Shown here: piece by piece, positions 49,900 to 61,800 of the stretch
Layout: each line of letters opens with the position of its first letter
Numbering within the stretch: the first letter of the stretch is position 1
Source of the DNA: Haliotis rufescens
Lineage: Eukaryota
Length of the DNA: 64,000 nt
Direction: 5' to 3'
Assembly: GCF_023055435.1 (NCBI RefSeq)
Contig: NW_025964361.1
Coordinates: forward strand, 2,728,001-2,792,000
Translations under genes and position numbers: made by a program
The notes under the pieces: generated by a model
What the model saw: only the letters and a program-made list of their open reading frames with translations
The model's database searches: none
What the model was told of the DNA's origin: nothing

Positions 49900-52800
49900 A
49901 TGGCTGAAACGGTGTACGGAACGGTTGAAGAAGGACATGTCATGTCTGAGAAAGTGTCGTCTCTTGCAGCGACTATTTATAAGGAGTTTGAACGTATGAT
50001 GAAAAAGTACGACGAAGATGTGGTAAAGGGACTTATGCCACTTATCGTTGGTATTCTGGAGGCTTTGGATAACGCCTATTCCGAAAAACAAGAGGGTGAT
50101 GTTGAATGTGAGCTATTAAGAGACGATAATGAACAGCTACTGACCCAATATGAAAGAGAAAAACAGCTGCGTAAAGCCTCAGAACAGGTGAGATATTTAA
50201 ATCAATCCTTTGTTTGCCAGTACGTTTAATAAGTTTGTCAATATGCCTTTGTTTTTGGTCAAGGAAGTAAGGAGAAACACTGACAATTCCAGTTGCTATA
50301 TCGCTAATGGGTCGACAGGTAAAATGTCAATGACAGTAAGTGTCATGTACGTTCCATTCAATGACATCCAGTTTCTATGACCCTGATTAACATACATGAA
50401 TATACCATGTTTGTTTGTAAGACACATGTAATAATGACATATGTTTATACCTGTTTCACAGTGATAGTCACTGCAGTGTGAATGTACAGTTTAAAGGTCA
50501 AGTTTTTGTTTACATTTGATGTGATGTCAGAGTTCAGCTCACCTTGTCAAACCTCCTTATCCTTTACTTAGGCGCGAGGAAGATGTAATGCCATATCTAT
50601 ATCACCCTTGCAATCAGTGGTAATCATGGTTAAAGAGCGACAATGCAAGTTTAGAAGTCTGCAGGCCTGCAAAAATGATCTTATAAAAGAAAGTTACACA
50701 GTGTTGCTATCTCTCGAATGGTGAAAGTGATACTCAACTCCAACTTGTCAACAGGGAAATGTCACTGGTTCTTCATGAATGTGACTAGTCTCAGACTACA
50801 GGCGTATGTTATTTTCAAACACTTCTTTGTGTCACTCTGCAACCCGGGCCAGGGGGTAGCCCAGTGGTCATAATGTATGCTCGCATTGCCGAAAACCCTG
50901 TTTCGATTCCTGACATGGGTACAATGTGTGAAGTGCATTTCTGGTGTCCCTGGCTGTGATATGGCAGGAATATTGCTAAAAGTGGCATAAAACAATACTT
51001 GCTCACAGTGCAACCCATTTCTAGTTTTAATAGGTCAAGACCTTATTACTACTATCAAATCTGAAAGTGAGACACTGACTAAAAAAGAATCATTAACTGC
51101 AGCAGATATATACATGATGCAATAGTGCCAAAGTCTAGTCCCCCTTCACCCGTGTGAAAAAATTAGATGACATTCTGCAACTTTTAGCATGTTTAGCCAA
51201 AATGTCCCAAGTCAGAGTCTAGTAAATGTCTTCTGGATTTTTATGGGTCACTCACATGTGTCTGGCACTGATTGTTGACATGATCTTATTGCAATATTTG
51301 TGCCTTTCCAGAAATATCTGGAGATGGAAGATGCTGTGGAGGGAGAAAAGAAAGATCTCCAGGATAAAGTGGAAAGCCTCGAGTCCATTGTCCGCATGTT
51401 GGAACTCAAGTCTAAGAACTCAGCAGATCATGGTGAGTATTAATCTCAGTAATCTGTTGATTTTTGTTGCAAATATGAGCTATGGTTACACTGTTGTATG
51501 TCAATAAAGGTTTGCATAGCTGGATGTTTTGATGTGCATTTGAAAAATAGTAGTACATGTACAGTGCATTAACTGTGTGACATCAGTGTTTCAGATTAAT
51601 CGTAATAAGCATCATGGACTCCTTGTCATAATCAAATGTTGAATATTTAGATTAATGGGTTAGGGACATTCATATAATATTGGGGCAAACCTTAAACCAT
51701 AATTTTGAAGGTTTCAATGCAAGATATGCAGCATCAAGACTTTGCCACTTGTCATTTTAAGATGACACATTCCAATTTCAGTAATCTAAGAAAACAAAAC
51801 ATACAGTAAATATTACCTCCAGAAATCTTTATAAAAACTCAATATAATTGACAAAGATAATATTTCATATTATATGACTTGCTTTCCAGAATACATGTTT
51901 AGATTTGAGTCTACACATGAGCTCATACTCTGATACTGTAATTGTGGAATCAGTTAGTCAGAATATATATTCATCTACTTATTCATTGCTTTTTAGTGTC
52001 AAGATTGGAAGAAAAAGAATCAGAAATGAAGAAAGAGTACAACAAACTCCATGAACGTTACACCGAGGTAGGAATCATTAATTACATCATCTCAATTGCT
52101 TTTCTGACATGTGATTGGCATGCAAGTAGAACACTTATACATGTTAAGTGTGCTGCTGAAATTCTTTTTGTAGTTAAGTGAAAATAACATTGTTGTTTTG
52201 ATTTCATATATTTTCTGTGTCACTAAAGGGATATCTATATTCACAGTTGTTCAAGACTCACATGGACTACATGGAGAGAACCAAGATCCTGATGGGAACT
52301 GATAAATTGTCTGAGCTGACTGGAAACAGCCCCAGAATTAAGTAAGTTCAGACCAGATTGTGGAAACAAAATGCATGTGTTGTTACTTTCTTACCCTTAC
52401 CAGATACTCTATGCTGACAGATAGCTAACTGTTAAGGGTCAGATGTTTACATTTGTTTGTGTGGCATGGCTGATTGGCATACCTCAAAAGCACATGGTTG
52501 GTTGGGGTAGAATGGGTCTTCAGCAACCCATGCTTGTTGTAAAAGGCGACTATGTTTGTCGTAAGAGGCGACTAACAGGGTCGGGCGGGTGGGCACACTG
52601 GCTTGGTTGATGCATGTCATTGTATCCCAATTGGATGGATCGATGCTCATGAGTCACTGGATTGTCTGATCCAGACTCGATTATTTACAGACCGCTGTCA
52701 TATAGCTGGAATATTGCAGAGTGTGGCGTTAAACAACAAAGAAACAAAACTAAAGCTAGTATTATTGCTTGCAACTGCTTGTCAACCAAGGCTAGGTGGA

Positions 52801-55800
52801 ATAGTGCTGTACTACTTAAGATGATTTGCAAACATCTTGCATAGAAATTCCATTTAGTGATGCTCAAACTCATGACCACCGTGGATTTCTTTCAGGGGTG
52901 GGTTCCAGCTTCCATCTCTGCGTCCCGTGAGTATGTTCGTGCAGGGATCCGGAGAGACTCCCATAAAGTCAGACAGTTCTCCCATGAGCTTTGACCTGAT
53001 GTCACCACAGAGTGGCCGTGACTCTAATGTCAGCATCAAGAGTGAACTGAGTGACCTAGAGTCCCCAGAACCTGGCCGGGGCAAGATGACCCACGACAAG
53101 GAACAGCTGACTGACAACATCAATGTGACCGAAAGAAGCACCACAACAGGAACAAGTAGGAATCATGTTACTCCACTATACGCCAACCATAGCCCGCAAC
53201 TCGGTACCCCAAAGCATGGGATACGTAGAGTGTGTACACCAAACTCAGCCAAATTCATAAGCTTAGTAAAAAGATTTGGTACACCAAATTCAGCCATATT
53301 CACAAGTCCAGTTACCTGCACCCCCAAATCAGCCAAAATCCCATGTACAGTTAACAAACTTGGTACACCAAACTCCACCTTATTCACAAGTCCAGTTACC
53401 TGCACCCCCAAATCAGCCCAAATCTCATGTACAGTTAACAAACTTGGTACACCAATCTCCACCTTATTCACAAGTCCAGTTACCAGTCATTGCACCCCCA
53501 AATCAGCTCAAATCACAAGTACGGTTAACAAACTTGGTACACCAAACTCGCCCAAATTCACAAGCACATATAACAAACTGGTAACCCCCAAATCGGCTAA
53601 AGGGTCGCCTAGTTATTCTAAAGACAAGACCCCTACACGTTCCAAATTTGGTACCGCTAAACGTCCCAAGCGTTTTGGTACAAGCTATAAACCAGTCAAG
53701 CGGATTAATCGAGTGAAGCATGCATGTAGTGAAAGCACATGGCAGCATACTCCTGTGTGGAATTGTGCACCCTCAGTGTTTGCTTTGAGTGTTGAGCAGC
53801 TGGAGGTATTCTCCACGTTTGGTTAATGTTCCTTTGTAGTGCTTTTATGAAGCCACAACACATTTCCTTTGTGTTCCTGTGATCTGATTTATTTTCAGCT
53901 GTCATATTTTTATTTGGAAGCAAGAGATATGTGTTGTGACTCCTGGTTAAGTTGTGGTTATATGTCAAAGTCAGATGCATTTACATAAATACACCATTCA
54001 TGATAAGTTTGTGCCATATTTACCGGCCCAGGCTGCTGGTTTGGTTTCTTTTTGGTTGATTTTAGTCTACATAATGACTTATCATTAGTAGGGTTTACTT
54101 GATAAAAGACATTGAGTGGGCTGAGATTTCTGTCCAGTGAGTGACAAAATGCATCACGAATTTGGTTTGTCCATTCTCGATTTGTTTGAACTATATGAAA
54201 ATGGCATTTGACTTTGACAACTGAACAGTTCCTTTTGGTTTGTTCAGCCATTTATAGTGCTAATTTGTTTTGACTCCGACCCTTGGCACTGCTTTTGGGG
54301 GGATTCTGCAGTGTTGTGTCTCCATCTTCTTGTGTATATTTGTCAGCAGATAGAGTCCCATATCATCACCATATCATTTGAATGATGGTAAACTAAATGT
54401 ACTTCAGAAATGAAAAGGATTCTATCTGCTGGTAAATGTCCCATTTGGGATGCATGTTGTCAATTATCTTTTTTTTAAAGATTCATTTCAATAAAAATTG
54501 TTGTATATTGTGTGAACATGGTTATCATTGTCATTGAACTTCTCTCTCCACTCATCTTTCTCCTTTGTTCATCCACTTCTTCTTTCACTCATCCTCCCTG
54601 GTCACCAGTGCTTGCTTTTCCATATTCCTAGACTCCTCTCTTCTCCAGAATCTCCCTTCAGCCATCAAATAGACCTTTGCCCATCTAGGATCTTTCTTGT
54701 TTTCTTTTCATTACTCATTGTATTGTGATATCTAGTCGTTTTTTAAAAATAAGTATTTCCTGTGCTGTGTTTATAAACTATAATAAGTTGTCGGAAGTCA
54801 GCATCAACAGCAGCAGCATCATCATTCTGTCCATGTTGTAACATCACTGGCATGTCCTTTATTGCCATTTCTTTGTCACTGTCATATTGTTTCATTGAAC
54901 CATGTCATACATATGATATGAAATAATTCAAACATAAAAATAAATCATGCATACATTTATGCATTGAAACCATTACCTTACGTCATTATGATTTACAACA
55001 CATGATCAGGCATAATTATAGGGTGGGGCTTTTTGCCCCTAAATTTGAAAAAAGGCCCACATTATCCAATACAATGGGGCATTTTAACATTGTACTGTAT
55101 GGACAAATGTGTGTGTACCTCTGGAATATTTGAAATTTTCACATAAAGGGCGCATGTCAGAAAATTCCTTCTGTGAACCCTGCATGATCAATGGTTTGTA
55201 AGGATTAGATTCTCAGTACTTCCTAAACTTAGATCAAAAGACACATTAATCACTGAATAAGACGTAAGTCTTGACAGTCTTTGATACTTAGTAAGAGGAA
55301 CAGTGCTTTGACAAATGAGGACCTCATTGAGAGATAGTACATGGGTAGATGGCTTGGAATTGAAACGTCATCTTGATGCAGCTTTGATTACTTAAGTTGT
55401 TCTTTGTGTTCCGCATACTGTGATCCCCTGTGTGAGGGGACTACGAGTACAAAGGGTTTTAGTGGAACTGCCCCAGGCCTGACATTATAAGTACCAAGTT
55501 CTCATTCATAAGTTGATGTGGGATGAGTACTGTGAAAGCACCGTTCCAGTTAATGATGTTTTAATAGACATTTAACAAAGATGTGATCCTCATTAGTTCT
55601 ATTGTGGTGGTGTGATTAATGACCCAAGGCAAGTCAAGTGTCTAGTAATGAGTCTATGTATTTGAGTTCTTTTAATTGCTTTGTTAATTAAATAACTATT
55701 GGCAATCAGGGTATTAAGCATGTTACTTTTGTTAGACAGGCAACATACTGTGATCTTAAAACTGACTGAAATAGAAAAGCGTCTTTGAGGATGGAATCAT

Positions 55801-58800
55801 TCTATTGTGTAAGACTTATTTCAGTAAGGCGAATTACAAGTGATGTAATCAAGAAATTTGGAGGTCTGAATCATTAGTAAGAAATACATTAGAAGTAGAT
55901 CACTCGGACAAATTGTCTTGGATTTGTAGAAAAATGGATTATGATGTTCTCATGACAGCTTTCATTTCAAGTGGGTATCATCATCATACTGACACAGTAT
56001 CATCATGATCATAATACTGACAGTATCATCATGATCATAATACTGACACAGTATCATCATACTGACACAGTATCATCATGATCATGATACTGACACAGTA
56101 TCATCATGATCGTAATACTGACACAGTATCATCATGATCGTAATACTGACACAGTAGCATCATGATCGTAATACTGACACAGTATCATCATGATGATAAT
56201 ACTGACACAGTGTCATCATGATCATAATACTGACACAGTATCATCACGATCATAATACTGACACAGTATCATCATGATCATAATACTGGCACTCTATGTT
56301 TGAATTTTATTGGACTTTGTAAAAGATATATTGAATAGATTTTAAACAAAAACCTCTGTGTTCCCGTGGTTTTGTGAAGTTAAGACGAGATTTTAGGGAA
56401 GCCTTTTTGTATTGATTGTGTTACTGTCAGAGTGTTAGGAATCTTTAACATGACCTGATGACAGGATACTAATAAATTACCACTTCCTGCTAATCATATA
56501 AGTATTGATTGAGAGTATACCCAGCTTGGGCCGAATGATAGGACACATGACCACTGATGTCTGTGTGAGCTACAGCCACTGTGAACTCAGCTGGAGATTC
56601 TGTCACATGTCCCTGGTAAATCTGCCTTGTCAGTAGGGGCCATTATGGTTTTTGTTATCAAGTCCTTGATGGGGTTTATTGGTGTTCTCTGAGGCTGATT
56701 TTAAGCCTTGTCTACAACTGATGTCCGTAAAACTCCAAATTGGAATTAAACAAATCCAATTTAAGGTTATAAGTATTTAAATATGTTTAAACCAATAAAG
56801 AGAAAAAGGCTTCAATGCGTTTTCATTTTGCATTGCAAACAATATTAAAATATTCTAGACTTGAAGGAAATTCTTTAAAACAGTACACAATTTGGGCCAA
56901 ATTTGACTGCCACAGGGTGTTCAGACTCATAGGAACCCCTGTTCTTGAATATGATATTAAAGTTGGTGATCATAACAGTTTTGTATGGATGGCAACTAGT
57001 TGCTATATCACATGATATCTTGGGGTAGATACTTGAGATTATGTTCAGAGCATCTGGAAAAGTGTGTGTTGAGTGAGTTGTCTTCACAATTGTTGGAGTC
57101 CAATCAAATTCAAACCTGGGAACATTTATCTTTAGCTAATATTCGTGGCACTACCTTCAAATACAGTCAAAATCTAAATATTATATTATATTATATGCTG
57201 TAAAACTAAATATTAAAGCCAATTTGGCTTTGGGGGTCCTGTTATCAGTGAAATACATATCCTCTTTCCAAAGGGAATACACTTTGATAAGTTCAGAAGA
57301 GGAACTTGTAGCTGTATGTTGGATTTTCCCTTTAAAAATGATTGGTTTATGTGTCCAATTGCTTCCTTGTTCAAAACTCCTCTATTACATCAATTCAGAT
57401 AGGTGTATTATAATGTTTTAGTGATTTAAGTTAAGCAGACTGTTTAAACTTTGGGGTATTTTAGATATGTATTGTAGATATTGTTTTTGTGAGTTGTATA
57501 TGCTTTGTTGATAATTAGAAAGTGGAATTTTGTCATAGATAGGGAGTTTACATAAGCTAAGTCCAACAAACTTTAAAAGGGTTCCAGTTTAGAAGTAAAC
57601 TCTTATACATCATTGGTCAAATATATCACATAAGGCCACACATTGGTTATTTTCCGTTTCACGGGCCCGCCACCCCTACTGAAAAGCGGCCGGTCCAAAA
57701 ATAATTTAAACATAAAAATAATTACTTTTTGTATGTCTCCCTCTAGTAATGGAGACTCTCTTATACAATTAAACATGTTATAAATTAATTCTATGTCTTC
57801 ATCACTGTCAGTGATTCAAGAAACCAGTTGCAGTTTTACCTCCACAGCAGAATTACTTTCTATCAATAAATAAATAATTGACAAAGCTATTTGTTTTTAT
57901 TTTTGTTTCGACCAACCTTGTGTAGAAAAGCTGAAATAAATCTGTGAAACATAAAATTCAGAAAGCGTGGCCTTATGATCCTTTGTGAGGTTTGGTACTG
58001 ATGAATGCCTTCACCCTCAGAGGTTTGTAATAAACTGGGAAATAATCCCAGGGGGTTTGGTATCCGTGGTTTTCCAAGCTGTGGTATAGGCCCTATAAAC
58101 AATTAATGCTCAGGCAAGGCGTACAATTAGGCTTATGGTGTCAGTCCCCTGCTGATTACTTAGTGGAGTTGATTAGTCCATTGCTCACTAGTCCGGATTG
58201 GAATCACAGCCACTGGGTAGTTTGAACAATTCTTTTGTTATGAACTCTTCCTATATGAGGTGCAAGCTGCATAATAACTCACATTCCGTTTATAGAAAAC
58301 AAAAATCTGTTCATGTGTTGATAGATAAAAAAAACAATTTTCTGTTCATGTGATGATAGTTAAAAAAACAATTCTGTTATTGTCTTTAAAGAAAAGAAAC
58401 GACACTCTCTATTGTTGTTGAAAGAATAATGAACCAGCAGTTTCTGTTCATCTATTAGTACATATTGTTTATATTAATTTAAGAAGTATGAAGTAATTAA
58501 GTGAATCTGATGAAGCCTGTTAATACTGCCATAGGGACATATCTTTTAAATTAATATGGTTTCCAGAAACGAGATGCATACAGACATCATTGATATGAAA
58601 CAAAATAGGAATGCATTAGTGTTTCAGTGATTCATGTATTAGTTGCATAGCTCAAGTGGGTGGATCCAAATTGGTAACTGAATGTTACCACTTGATATAA
58701 ACATATTTATTTCCATAAAGTGGAGGGATTGGCAAACAAGCACATTTTGCTTATCTGAGTGCCTCTCCCAAACATGATACATATACAAATAGCAATGTAT

Positions 58801-61800
58801 TGATAGTGACATGAGAAATAGCTTACATTGTATAATTGGCATTAAAGGTAATTAATGTTCTGTAAGTGTTTAATTACTGGATTATCTTCCATAACTACAG
58901 TTACATTATTATTTACATTCAGCATAACAACATCGCAGTATCATATAGCAAAGCCATCATCTCAGACAAAATCTCTAAATCGGCAAGAAGATAGAATAAA
59001 ACTGTGCACCGATGTTACCACTTGAGTTTACAATAGTTGACTTGATATGAAGTTATGGGATTTATATGTGCTAACTAGTCATGGATGTTGTGAGAGGGCA
59101 ATCTAAGCTGGAAGAACTTGTCCCCAATCCTGTTCACTTCAAGTGACCTAAACATGTTATGATCAGTGATTTATCGAACAGGGCCATTTCGATGTCTCCA
59201 CCAGGTTCAGACATTCCAGATTGTCCAAGATATGATATGATATGTATTAATGACAGCTGAAGGATCATATTATATGAAAGACGAATACTAAGATTTGAAC
59301 AGCTGTATCTGGTCATGTGGAATGTTTTGCTTCAATGATTGTCTTGTGGAACATTAAAGAAAATATATATACCTGACAGCCATTTTTGTTTCTATTTTCC
59401 CTAGATGCGAACTATCATAAACAATTATGTTTAAAAACTATATAAAAACTGTTACAAAGTACTATTAGTCTTAGTATTGTTGTCGCACTCTGAACCCTTA
59501 AAGATCCCTGAGAAGAGTGATTATCAACAAAAAAGGATTTCCTAACGTCAACATTGCCATTTCCTATAAACTAAATTTTGAACTGCAGTTGATCATTGAT
59601 TTCTAGAAATCTGTCATTGGATACACAGAAACACTGAAAAGGGACTGTTTTTGAAATATGTCCTTACACGTCATAAAAGGTCTACAGGCTGAATTTCTAC
59701 TCCAGACACTGTACACTGTATGTCCAGACACAGGCATGTTGTGGTCACTCTAGTTCATATTGGACATCTCACTTACAAGCTGACCTCTGTCATTGATTGG
59801 CTTGTTTTACTCCACTGAGGTCACATGACAGAGAAATCACATATGATTGGTTGGTAGCAAGTTACACTCAGAGCATGGGGCAGTTCCTTATGTAATAGTT
59901 TGTTGCAGTTTGGGTACTGTGTAGCAAGTGTCAAAAGTTTAATGAGTATTGCATAAACATGTGTTGACTGGTGTTGATGGGCACACCTTGTCATGGGGTT
60001 TATGTCCACGAAGCAGCCACTTTTTATTGGCGTTTGGTTATGGCCTATATACATCTCAAACAATAGTAATTACACCATATAAAGTCTGTTTAATGTACTG
60101 CAATCTTGGTCAGGTCTTCTGAATCATGTCATTCACACATTGCGACCATTGATCTGCCCTCCCAATCGATATCACTGGGAACAAATTTTACATTTGGCAC
60201 CCATGCCTGGATGATCTGTCATGAAGTTCTACCTCAAGTCAGAGCCTGTTCATAACTGCTGCTATTTCAAGTACCAATCACAATTACCACTTCTGCATTT
60301 TGATCCTCAAATCTTGGCTTATGTCCATAATAAAACCTTTGATGATTTGACTGAATGGTCATGGGATCCACATGTAGGTTTTATTTCGGGAACACATTGC
60401 CCTTCATTGCGAAATTACAAAAATTGACATTGCTTCCAACTGATTGCTCACTTACATGCAAGAACAACTACAAAACCGTCACGTTTTAAGAAATATTTAT
60501 TCTCTTAGATTAGGCTGTGCCATTATGATGCACAATGTCTTCATGTAGTTGTTGATAATTGCAAACAGCAGATTTTTTTCTAAATTCTCACTTCTCTTTG
60601 TCATCACATTTGTCGTTCATTTACTCATTTCCATAACCATCCCTGAATTCTTCTCCCTTTTATCCCTTACCTCTTCCTACCTTCTTTACTTACTAATACC
60701 TTTCTTGTACTGTATAATTCTTACCAACCATCCGTTATTTTGTTTTTACTATAAACTTGTTGTATGGGAGCTGTTTGTTTAGTTCAAATCAGTCTTCATT
60801 TTGTTTATTTTGCTTGTACATTTGTTGCTGTTTGCTCGTCAGAAAAATCATCCGCCCCCGAGTCACAAACCCCCGATTCCGCCGAGGAACCGCCAGTCCA
60901 ACTGAGGAGAAAGACAGGTTCCCGTGATAACTCAGTATCTAGTGATAGAGACTTAGATAACACTGTGTCTAGTGATCCTGACAGTAGTGTCTCTCAACAA
61001 CTGCCTCATACTCAGAACAAGGGTGTCGAACGCTTAATATCAGAAGACACGTTTGAGGAAGACCCTATTTCTTTACCATCGGGTGAGTGGGGGAGGGGAG
61101 TGATGTGGCTGGTCATGTGTCATGCTGGTCATGTGTCATGCTGGTCATGTGTCTTGCTGGTCATGTCTCATGCTGCTGAAGCTACATGTGTTGAGGGTGT
61201 TGGTGGCAGTGGGCTTTACATGGTTTGACTGAGGTACAGTGAAAACAACTGCAAAGAGTGACAGGTTCAGATCTGAAGTAGAGACCAAGGGTTTCAGATC
61301 AGTTAATTTTCCAGGACGTTGATGGAAGGAAACTTCAAACATCGTCTATCTTATCATACAAGCCAAACGGAAATCTAGATTAAAATTCGAAGAAGAGAGC
61401 TGAAGCCAAAATTTGGACTGATAGTTCATGTCTAGTCACAGGACTGTTAATTCTTTCTTTTCTAGAATTAATATACAAGTTTTAGTCCTGCTCCTTGAGT
61501 CTGAAGGGTTAACATTGCTCCAGGATCTATGAAAGGGCCAATGACAGTATGTCAGTATGTCCATGTTAGGTCGCTCAGATTTCTGTCATCCTGCAATGTG
61601 TTGTTTTCACTGCACCTTAGTCAGAGGTTAATCAGCTGTTGATGTTTGAACATGTGTTGTCTTATTGATAACTAACAAAACAATGTTACTTTCTTTTAAT
61701 GCTGCTTCTTTGGTTTTCAACCTGTTGGTGAGTAGTTTGAAATTTGAAGTTTGTAACAAAACATGTTCATTTGTGTTTAAAAGTCATCTGACTTGAGCCA

